Below are positions 26,341-37,412 of a DNA stretch of 64,000 bases, piece by piece. Made by a program: the position numbers and the translations under genes. The DNA is taken from positions 53,134,001-53,198,000 of the forward strand of contig NC_043012.1 in assembly GCF_006345805.1 (NCBI RefSeq). Reading direction: 5' to 3'. This DNA is from Octopus sinensis. Its lineage: Eukaryota. Below the pieces are notes generated by a model. The model had not been told where the DNA came from, made no database searches, and saw nothing but the letters and a program-made list of their open reading frames with translations. How positions within the stretch are numbered: position 1 is the first letter of the stretch; every line of letters starts with the position of its first letter.

Positions 26341-26906
26341 TATATATATATATATATATATATGAACATACAAACACTTACATAACTACATACATACATG
26401 CATACATATATGAATGCATTATGTATATACATACCCATTCACTATATATGTGTATTCATACGTATCTATCTATCTGTTATACACACTCCACACTCCCACA
26501 CACATATATGCATACATGTATGTGTGTGAAGTGAGTTGTTCTGTATGGAGACATGTATAAATGGTAATTTTGTATTTTACTATACCGAGTAATATTTCCT
26601 TTTCCGGTTGCCACTGATTCAATATAATAGTTCGCCCCCCCCACTCCGCTTTAAGCTCTTCTTTTGTTTATGTGGGGGAAGGAGTATGATAGAAGTAGTT
26701 TTGTTGTTTCATGTGATGCAGAGTATAAAAGTTCGAATTTAGCTAAAGTTTGATAATTTGTTTCGTTTTGGGTTTGCAAGATTCTTTATGTGAGTTCGTG
26801 TGTTGAAGCATATTCTGTTGTGTCTGGGAAAAGTCATTTTATTTTAGTGCCTTATAATTTGACGCACTCACCGGTAAAATTTCCACTTATACCTTATTTT
26901 TATTTT

Positions 26907-26946
26907 CCTAAAATTTTCGTTGAGTCATGCAATCTTTTCAATAGTC
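26907..26946 (-). ncRNA. Hammerhead-like motif with U3:A8 core (UUGAAAA) in an inverted repeat at 26813-27047
   Basis: Minus strand: cta-TTGAAAA-g-attgc.....tcaac-GAAA-at-T-T-tag. The plus-arm copy supplies gttgc-aagac-gcaa for stem II. Confidence 0.45.
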
Positions 26947-27420
26947 TCGAAAGTCAAGACTATTGAAAAGGTTGCAAGACGCAATTTTACCGGTGTGTTT
27001 AATTATAAGCCACAAGAAGAAAATGACTCTCCCCAGACACAACAGAACTGAATATTTTGTATTATACTTCTTGTTAAACGTCTGTATTTATCTTCGAAAT
27101 TAAACTGGGAATGGAAGTTTAAATTTAATTGAAGCTAACAACTCGTACATTGCATCTTTTTTTTTTTTGCCTCATCTGTAGCTTCACGTTTTAATATCCT
27201 CATATTCCGTCGGGACAGGCAGCTGAGAGGTAATATTATTTTGTTTTGTGCCAAAATTTGAAATCAATATTATTATTAGTTAGAGAATTTAAGGTGGTGA
27301 GCTGGCAGGATCTTATGCACGTCAGACAAAAGACTGCGGCATTTTGCCTGAGTTCAAATTTCGTTGAGGTCGACTTTGCTTTCTAGCCTTCCACAGTCGA
27401 TCAAATAAGCACTAGTTGAG

Positions 27421-27850
27421 GGATCTTTTCGGTTTGAACGGCAGTTTTTTCTAGCGGTGTCATATGAAATTGTCACCCATAATTATGACCCTAGTATCGA
27501 TCTATTGCATTTCAATCTGTTTTAGGTTTAGGGTTAGTTAGGGTTGGTTAGGGGTGGGGAGAAGGGTATCTTATTTTCTTCACAAATGTAAATAAACCCA
27601 ATCTGTTTCTTAAACGAGGGACATATTCATACGGCACAGAATGTTTTCAACTCAATAGACGTCATTGATTGGTTGAAATTGCAGAAATCGAAGGAAAAAA
27701 ACAACAAATATCTTACAAACTATAGAATTTTCTCAATAAAGCCAAGAGAAAAAGATGTTTTATAAACACATTCTACCAGTATACGAAGTTTAAAAGTGTT
27801 TAGTTACGTGGAAATTATTTTAAAAATTACCGTTCAAACCGAAAAGATCC
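27421..27850. mobile_element. GGATC MITE, short form, 9-bp TSD CTAGTTGAG, inserted in a SINE
   Basis: TSD on both sides. The empty-site sequence 'agcactagttgagcactggg' is seen at about 33212-33231. Confidence 0.9.
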
Positions 27851-27962
27851 CTAGTTGAGTACTGGGTTTAAAGTAATCTGGCTGCGCGTATCTGTGGATA
27901 GCTGAGCCACTTACATGCAAATTCAGTGAGCAGGTAAACAAGTTGATCGAAAAATTGAAAAA

Positions 27963-28106
27963 GTGAAGTTTGTGTATTAGCTCGAGTTGAGTTTGCTGTG
28001 AAGTCGGAAGGTGTCGGTTCGTTAGTTCGTTTGGAAGAGTGATTGTTGGTACGTGAAGAGATTATTGGATCGTTACGATGTTATTACTGTTGCATCGATA
28101 TCTTGG
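27963..28106 (+). repeat. Inverted partial copy of the adjacent Gypsy LTR
   Basis: Reverse complement of about 28479-28622. Confidence 0.85.
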
Positions 28107-28388
28107 GAGGAATGAATTGTGAGGTATGATGGCCAGAACAGAAACGGTTGGTGTGACATATTTTAGAAAGAAGGGTCGGGAGTGTAGTGTGAGATAACTA
28201 ATCGTTTTCGAGTTTGTAGCTATGGTTACACATATCCATCCATCCATCCATCCATCCATCCACACACACACAGTCTCACACATATCGTTTGGCTCTATTA
28301 TAATAAGGACGCTAATGTGAATATACCGCAGACAACAATACAATGTATAATAATATGAAACATCCGTATGAATTCATGCGCTACATGG

Positions 28389-30468
28389 TGTTGTATCCTC
28401 CGCCTCCAAATGTCGTGATACCGCTACGATATTATGAGGGATGGTTTAGATACACTGTACCAGTGTAGTAACAGTAAGCAAGATATCGATGCAACAGTAA
28501 TAACATCGTAGCGATCCAACAGCCTCTTCACGAACCAACAATCACTCTTCAAAACGAATTAACCAACCGACACCTTCCGACTTCACTGCAAACTCAACTC
28601 GAGCTAATACACAAACTTCACTCCGTCCGCTACTTTTTATAATCGTTTGGTCCAATCTGTTTCCCGCAAGGGGACATCGTGACTCTCATCATAACAACTC
28701 CCCTTTGAGATTTCGACTTCTTAAGAAGTGAAATTTATTTAATTTTTTTATTTTTACAGCACCTCTCCCTCTCTTTTTTTATTTTAAAAATTGGTATCCT
28801 TTTCGTTTTGGCATTATTTTTAAGTGTAAAGTCTGTTTCCTTCTACTTCTGACTCTACGAGGCACAATCTTTTCGGTGCTAGCACCTCAAATATGTCATA
28901 GCAGACTTCCATTGGTATCTCCTTTCGTTTTTCAGTATGTTTCGTCTTTAATTGGTTTAGATGTCTTTTATGTTTCCAACGTTATCCTTTAATTACATAC
29001 ATCATGTTTCCTAATCTTTTAGTTACAAAACCATCCTCCCAGCCTTCTTCACTATTTCTGTAAATTTTAAAATGAACTTTGTCTCCTACTTCGAAATATT
29101 TTGTTGCCTTTTCTGTATTTCCTTTAAATGTATTTCTTTCCTGGCAATAATTTATCGAAGATCGATTTTATTTTTCGCTCGAACATTAACTCTGCTTGAG
29201 ATTTTCCTGAACTGGTATTCGGATTGGACGTTACTCTATATACCCACAAGAATTTCGTCAGCGCTTCGTCATTACCTACGTCATTCCTTGTATTTTTTAA
29301 CGCTTGCTTGACAGTATCAACGAAGCTTTCTACCTGACCATTTGACCGTGGGTGGTAGTGTGGGGTAAAAAAAATATGCTTTATCGCATGTACTTTGCAG
29401 TAATTTTTGAATTCACGACCCGTAAATTGTGTTCCATTATCTGATACCAACGTGTCTGAAACACTGTATCGGGTAAATAATTCACACAGGAACTTTATTG
29501 TTGTCTTTGCGTTTGGTTTATTGCACCTGCATATATTTGACCACTCTGTACCGCTATCAACAACGACTAGTAAGTTCTTTAAGTTTAAAACTTTCACACA
29601 TTCGGTTGACTGTTTCTGCATTCGTAATAAAGTCATCATCCTCTTTAGTTGAATTCCAATACTTCATTCGAATGTTATATAAAGAAGTTTTATCACCGAA
29701 CATGTTAGATAGTAATTTGATTGTTTCCTGAAAACAAATTTCATTAGACTTTTTGGGCAATATGAAATTACAACATTGTTCATATTCAAACGGAACTAAT
29801 TTACGTAATAATAACCTTACTTTTTCTACGTCCGACCATGTTTTACAATCTTCTTTAAAAATCTCCTCGTACCTTCTGTAGTACGCTGCAAAGGTTATAC
29901 ACTCCTCTGGGTTATAACTGATTTCTGTAAAGGAGTTCTATATGCCGTCTGGCAAAATCGAATTTGCCGCATTTCGGACTTCTTTGCGTGTCGCTCCAAT
30001 AATTGTTGTCGTCGTAGTTGCTGCTGTACTAGTTGCTTCTGCAACTCTTGTTTTTGAAACTGTATTATAGAAGCTAATAAGTCATCCATCATTTAACAAG
30101 TTGTATCACGAACAAATTGTTAAATAACCTACATGAGATCGAAACCCTCGTCGCCAGATGTTGTATCCTCCGTTTCCAAACGTCGTGGTACCGCCACGAT
30201 GTTGCGACGGATGGTTTAGATTCACTGTACCTGTGTAGTAACAGTAAACAAGCTAACGATGCAGCTGTAATAACGTAACTATCGAACAATCTCTTCACAA
30301 ACCAACTGTCAATATTCCAAACGAACTAGCCAACCGACACTTTCCGACTTCACTGCGAACTCAACTCGAACCAACACACAAACTTCACTCCGACCGCTGT
30401 TATTTATAATCGCTCCGTCCAGTCTATTTCTCGCAAGGGAGCATCCTGACACTCAGCTCATCACAACA
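28389..30468 (-). mobile_element. Internally deleted Gypsy/Ty3 LTR retrotransposon (gag fused to integrase; PR, RT and RH lost)
   Basis: LTRs 30159-30468 and 28389-28696 (TG...CA), 5-bp TSD CATGG, PBS TGGCGACGAGG (tRNA-Ser type), PPT AAAGGGGAG. Integrase motifs VVVDS, SDNGTQF and YHPRSNGQVE. Gag remnant LLLRKL...ILPKK. Confidence 0.92.
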
Positions 30469-30929
30469 CATGGGAATTTCAAAGAATGTAGTCTCATGCT
30501 GTTATATATTATGTTTATGCATTATCTGTACAACTAGATTATGTCATTTCCAGTGTATTTAGATGTTTAACCATCTGTCTATTATACTTAGACCTAACTA
30601 ACGATATCGGGCATATCCGTGCCATTAATATTCATATATCAACATATTGTACAATGATCTATGTTAATAAAAACTGTAGTACCTCTAATTGTTCTGTCAT
30701 TTTGTGTATGTTAACAACACCGTTTGAGATTCATATGTATTTCTAGAACTGTTGCATTTTAATGAAATGTTTGTACCATCAGAGAAAACAAAACTGATAA
30801 AACTGAACAATGTTGCTAATTTAAGTATGTTAATAAGTTGGTTTTACATTCATACATCATGGTAATATTACATTATACATCTTGATAGCGAGCTGGTAGA
30901 ATCGTTAGTACCATTACCTCTCATAACCT

Positions 30930-30974
<45 letters not shown>

Positions 30975-31152
30975 GAAAAAAAAACACCTTTTATCAATTC
31001 AAAATGAATAATTAAATTACACCATCTAGAAAATTTATATAATATAAAAGTTAAAATTAAAATAACAATTAAAAAATAAAGATTAAGTAAATTACAAAAA
31101 TAATATACTGTATATAATAGGTAGAAAAACGACACGTGTTTCCCTCAAATAA

Positions 31153-31189
<37 letters not shown>

Positions 31190-31679
31190 ATGATGAACTA
31201 TTAACATTGTTATGTAGTAATAACATTATTATATATCTATGTGTTTTAACTCTTATACGTATGTGAATTTGTCATACTATGGCTTATTTAGCAGAAATAA
31301 AAATATAACCTTCATGGACAGCTCTACTGACCGCATCAGCTTCATAACACCACCATCCAACATCGCTCGTTTTATTAACACCCCAGCCAATATCACCATG
31401 CTTATCAGAAGGATGTCATCGTTATGAATACAATGATGTAAACCGGGCCACTAAAGGAAACTCTATTCATGGTCGCCCGATATGCAAGAAATAGTAGCCA
31501 AGTTTCCTGAAGCCATGTCCTATTGCTCTAAAAAGAAAAGATATAGCTTGACATTTTAAATCATAGAATTAGCTGAGTCTGCTTTCGCTTGCCTCTTATA
31601 TGTAGACCAAACCTGACTCAGATTGCTATGAATGTTATGATAAAGGCTGCAATAGCAATAAATACAAGGTGGTTTATAG

Positions 31680-32278
31680 GGCGGTGAGCCGGTTTAAACG
31701 TTAGCACGCCAGGCGTGATGCATAGCGGTATTTCGTCTGCCGTTACGTTCTGAGTTCAAATTCCGCCGAGGTCGACTTGGCCTCTCATCCTTTCGGGGTC
31801 GATTAAATAAGTACCAGTCACGTACTGGAGTCGATATAATCGACTTAATCCGTTTGTCTGTCCCTTTTTGTCCCTTCTGTGTTTAGCCCCTTGTGGGTAA
31901 TAATGAAATAGTTATTTCGTCTGCCGCTACGTTCTGAGTTCAAATTCCGCCGAGGTCGACTTTGCTTTTCATCCTTTCGGGGTCGATTAAATAAGTACCA
32001 GTCACGTACTGGGGTCGATATAATCGACTTAATCCGTTTGTCTGTCCCTTTTTGTCCCTTCTGTGTTTAGCCCCTTGTGGGTAGTAAAGAAATAGGTATT
32101 TCGTCTGCCGCTACGTTCTGAGTTCAAATTCCGTCGAGGTGGACTTTGCCTTTCATCCCTTCGGGGTCGATTAAATAAGTACCAGTTACGCCCTGGGGTC
32201 GATATAATCGACTTAATCCCTTTGTCTGTCCTTGTTTGTTCCCTCTATGTAGAGCCCTATGGGCGATAAAGAAATAAA
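31680..32278 (+). mobile_element. SINE family C, trimer of a 184-bp body unit
   Basis: One tRNA-like head, then three units starting 'tatttcgtctgccg' at 31729, 31913 and 32097. Confidence 0.85.
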
Positions 32279-32464
32279 TAGCAATATATACAACCATCAT
32301 CAAATATCAACCACATTATTAAAAATAATAGATAGATAAAGCGTGATTAATGATAATATCACCTCTAAGAATAATTACGATTGAGAAAACATTTTGAGAT
32401 GTCGCAGTTAAAACAGTTCTAGTCGGTGCCGTTAGATGACGAATTTGCACTTAAGTGTCTCTTA

Positions 32465-32629
32465 GGCGCAGGATTGGCTGTGGGGTAAGTAGCTTGCTTA
32501 CCAACCACATGGTTCCGGGTTCAGTTCCACTGCGTGGCACCTTGGGCAAGTGTTTTCTACTATAGCCTCGGGCCGACCAAAACCTTGTGACTGGATTTGG
32601 TAGACGGAAACTGAAAGAAGCTCGTCACG

Positions 32630-32673
<44 letters not shown>

Positions 32674-32912
32674 GTGTGTGTGTGTGTGTGTGTGTGTTTG
32701 TGTGTCTGTGTTTGTCCCCCCAACATCGCTTAACAACCGATGTTGGTGTGCTTACGTCCTCGTCACTTAGCGGTTCGGCAAAAAGAGTCCGATAGAATAA
32801 GTACTAGGCTTACAACGAATAAGTCCTGGGTTCGTTTTGCTCGACTAAAGGCGGTGCTGCAGCATGGCCGCAATGAAATGACTGAAAGAAGTAAAAGAGT
32901 AAAAGAGAGAGA
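32465..32912 (+). mobile_element. SINE family B, full length
   Basis: ggcgcagga head, 'ggttccgggttcag' B-box-like segment, CORE-like 'ccttgggcaagtg', internal (TA)(TG) tract and AAAGAGT tail. Confidence 0.85.
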
Positions 32913-33297
32913 GAGTAGTGACTGTCTAGCTAATATATAGATTGGATCAAATACATGAATAGCGAAAACCGACGTCGACCAGTTCTACATTTGCCGAATT
33001 TAAGTCCGAAATATTCCAAGTTTGCTAAACTTTCTGCAACTGAAATTTTACTTCCTTTTTAGCATTTTGCTAAATTTTAAGGCTGCAAACTGGCAGAAGC
33101 GTTAACGCGTCGAGCAAAAATATTTAGCGGCATTTCTTTCGGCTTTATGTTCTGAGTTCAAATTCCGCCGAGGTCGACTTTGCTTTCCGTTCTCTCGAAA
33201 TCGATAAAATAAGCACTAGTTGAGCACTGGGAACTATGTAATCGATTATCCAACCTCCTTGTGCCTATAATAGAAGGAATTATTTGTTAAGTTCGTC

Positions 33298-33751
33298 GGA
33301 TCTTTTCGGTTTGAACGGCAGTTTTTAAAAATAATTTCCACGTAACTAAACACTTTTAAACTTCGTATACTGGTAGAAAGTGTTTATAAAACACCTTTTT
33401 CTCTTGGCTTCATTGATAAAATTCTATAGTTTGTAAGATATTTGTTGTTTCTTTTCTTTAATTTCTGCAATTTCAACCAATCAATGACGTCTATTGAGGT
33501 GAAAACATTCTGTGCCGTATGAAAATGTTCCTCGTTTATGAAACAGATTGGGTTTATTTACATTTCTGAAGAAAAAAGATACCCTTCCCCCACCCCTAAC
33601 CCTAACCCTAACTAACCCTAACTATCCCTAACTCTAACCCTAACCCTAAAATAAATTGAAATGCAATAGATCGATACTAGGGTCATAATTATGGGTGACA
33701 ATTTTTATATGACACCGCTAGAAAAAACTGCTGTTCAAACCGAAAAGATCC
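33298..33751. mobile_element. GGATC MITE, short form, 8-bp TSD AGTTCGTC
   Basis: TIRs and TSD present. (CCCTAA)n core at about 33593-33648. Confidence 0.9.
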
Positions 33752-34706
33752 AGTTCGTCTTTCACAGACATAGAAACATACATATATTATTTGCTTAGAG
33801 AGTATCTTTAACTTAGGAAGGTAAAAATTTGGTTTCTGCTTTTGGGAAAATAATATATGTCCATCTTTTTTTTTTAAAAAAAAAAAGAAAAGGCAAAAAA
33901 AATATTTATAGCAAAAGTAGCTTTGTTTAGAAATAATTTTGTGTGAAAAAGTCACAGATAAAACACAAAATCTTTAGAAACATAGAATCGCAAATTCGTT
34001 CCCGTTCAGTTCTTTTCTTGTTCGATGTGGTTTGAATTTCGTAATAATTGTCAGTATTAAGCTACACATAAAAGTATCGTAAATTCGCTTCATAAAATAT
34101 CGCTCCTTTTGAAAATGCCTTCAAAATAGTAAGAACAAATTTATAAAAATATTTATTTATTCATATAATTATTTCTTTCTTTCTTCAAAGTTCGTTAAAT
34201 CTTAAAAATCTTTTATCAGTGCATTCCTTGCACAATGAATTCAAGAACTATTGAATGTATTTCTCTAAAAGCTTCGTTAAAATATTGATAAATGGTAATT
34301 TCTTCTGTAACTGTCTCTAAAAATTGATGTATGAATATTTTTACCTTTGTTCTCCAAAGAATATATGAACACATCAAATAACTCAAAATGCCGAACGCAT
34401 CTTGCATTATGCATAATCATAAACTAATACTAATAATATATTACAAAAACATTCAAATTAAAACTTTCCTCCCCCAACATATCTATGAATGCCATTACAA
34501 AATTCACCACGCTTATTAACCCAACACACATCAGTATCATTATCAACATTTGTCAAACCAGCTTCAAATTTCATCTTATTGCCTCGGAAACGAATGATGT
34601 AGTCCTAGATACATAATGCCTCAGAGAAAACCTAACGGTCATGGATGGAACGCCTTCGGTCAACGGACTTGTAAAGGAAACGGATGAGAAGGAGACAACA
34701 GAGTGG

Positions 34707-35908
34707 GGATCTTTACCCTTTGACGGACAGATTTTTTAAATAATTTCCACGTAACTAAACACTTTTAAACTTCGTATACTGGTAGAATGTGTTTATAAAA
34801 TATCTTTTTCTTTTGGCTTTCTTGAGAAAATTCTGTAGTTTGTAAGCTATTTGTTGTTTAATTTCTTGCATTTCGGCAATTTCAACCAATCAATGACGTC
34901 TATTGAGGTGAATACAATATCTCCGGATCTTTGTCAACAACAATTATTTGCGGTGTCATATGAATTTGTTACTATTATTTACGACATATTTCATTTTAGT
35001 TACGTTCGTATGAATAAAAGATTATCGTTATTAAACTTTTATCAATAAACACATATTCTAAGTTCACAATATATGCAGTTTTAATTTCTCTCTCTGTTGC
35101 ACAGATACACACATTACATATTATATATTCGTTTAAGAAACAGATTGGGTTTATTTACATTTCTGAAGAAAAAAGATACCCTTCCCCCCATCCCTAACCC
35201 TAACCTTAACCCTAACCCTAACCCTAACACTAAAAAAATCTGCCTGTCAAAGCAAAAAGTTCCAACACTTTCTAACTTCGGACACTGGTAAAATATATCA
35301 TATAAAACATCTTTTACTCTTAGCATTTTTGAGAAAAGCTTATATTTAGGAAGTTATTTCACGTTAAAGTTGTAGTATTTCGGTAATTTCAACCAATCAG
35401 TGATGTATATTCAGCTGAATAAAACTACTCCCGTTGTTTGTCAAGAAGAACTTCCGGCGGTGTATATTTCGTTTGTCACTGTTATTTATGACAAACCTAA
35501 CCCTAAAAGCCTAACCCTAACCCTAAAGCCCTAACCCTAACCCTAACCCAAACCCTAAAACCCTAATCCTAACCGTAAAACCTTAAAGCTAAAACCAGTA
35601 CAGACTCACGAACGATGTCATAAATAACAGTGACAAACAAAAAATACACCGCCGTTAGTTGTTGTTGATAAACAACAGCAGTAATTTTATTCAGCTGAAT
35701 ACATGTCATTGATTGGTTGAAATTACCGAAATACGATAGCTTTAACGTGAAAATACGATAGCTTTAACGTCCTAAATAATAAGCTTTTCTCGAAAATGCT
35801 AAGAGTAAAAGATGCTTTATATGACACATTCTACCAGTATACGAAGTTTGAAAGTGTTTAGTTGCAAAAAATTATTTTTTAAATCTGTCGGTCAAAGGGT
35901 AAAGATCC
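34707..35908. mobile_element. Composite GGATC MITE (short and long forms fused), 8-bp TSD CAGAGTGG
   Basis: Outer TIRs with a matching TSD. Two CCCTAA cores at about 35192-35250 and 35495-35590. Confidence 0.85.
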
Positions 35909-37046
35909 CAGAGTGGAGTTCATTAAAGGCACACACCGTGCTATGTGATAATGTTACACCGAGCGACGCATTAAGTCTATCTACGAAGTCAACCAAGGGG
36001 ATTGCACTTTAACTTCGAACGCAAAGATTCGGAACAAATAACGCAAGGAATCGAGTACAACGTCAACCACCATTATGGAGCAATATATTTTTATCGACCT
36101 CGGAAAGATAAAAAGTAATCGTGATCTCGGTGAGATATGAACTCAGAGTGCAAAGCTTTGTAACAAATAAGGCAGAGCGTCCTATCCAATGCTATTGCGG
36201 CTCTACCAACTCGTCGCCCGTAAGTGCGTTATGTAATATCATTATTGAGATAGACAAAGATAATTCTAAATTACAATAAAAAATGTCTTATTTTAAAACG
36301 TTTTTATATCTTTTGAAGCGAAGAATAATGATATCGATTTTGTTGAGTTCCTTTCGGTAATTATTATCATAGTTAAAATATACATTAAGTTATTGTAGTT
36401 TTATTCTAAGTTATTTTTCCTTTTAAAAAATAAACACCTTTAAAATTTTCTAAAAGCATTCTGTTTCTTTATCTTTCCCTTTCTCTCCCCCTCTCTCTCT
36501 CTCTCTCTCTTTCTCCCTCTCTTTCTCATGCCTGTTACATTTAATCTAACGTTATCGTAAAAATCTCTTTAGAGAGCATTCCTTACACAAATTTATTTAC
36601 TCATATATCGGTAAAGTTTAATTTCTTATGTAACTTATCTGCAATAAATCAATAATGTTGCTTTTTATCGAGGTGTACATACTTACACTTGCATCTGAAA
36701 TACTGAAGTTGAACGGTTTAACTAAATAAATCGAACGATTTTATTCTCAGCGCTTGTTTCTTATCACAACAATATACTTAACTTCAAACTTGAAAATACT
36801 TATTTTATACAAGTTCAGTAAAAATAAATAGAGAAATAAAGAAATAAAATTAAAAAAAACACCAGCCTACGCTTTTCGGTAGTGAAATATTGGTCGCTTC
36901 TTCAGAAACGCACCTCTCCAATTAAATCAAATGCAATGAAGAAAAAAGTTATGATAATGGAAAATATATACAAAATAAATAATGTATGCAAAAAATGAGA
37001 AAGATGCATTTAGTTTTAGATATTTTACACTAAGGAATAAACAGAA

Positions 37047-37331
37047 TCTCGTGGAATGTAAACAAACATGCCAGACGATACAAGGGGCAGTAATCTTCTT
37101 TTACCAATCAGGTATTATTAATGATACACTAACACTAACTAACACTAACACTAACCCCAACCCGAACACTAATCCTAACCCTAACACCAACCCTAACCCT
37201 AACTCTAACCTTAAACCTAACCCCAACCCTAAAACGAATCTTAACCCTAACACTAACGCCAACCCTAAGCTTAAAAAGTAAATTACTGCCCTTGTATTGT
37301 CCGACATGTTTGTTTATATTCCACGAGTGCC
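37047..37331. mobile_element. Second MITE family with a telomere-like core
   Basis: ~45 bp TIRs ctcgtggaatgtaaacaaacatg...gggcagtaat / attactgccc...catgtttgtttatattccacgag around degenerate (CCCTAA)n. Confidence 0.75.
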
Positions 37332-37412
37332 CGCTCCCGTTTCTCTCTTTACTTACTCTTTTACTTGTTTCAGTCATTTGAATGCGGCCATGCAGGAGCA
37401 CCGCCTTTAATC

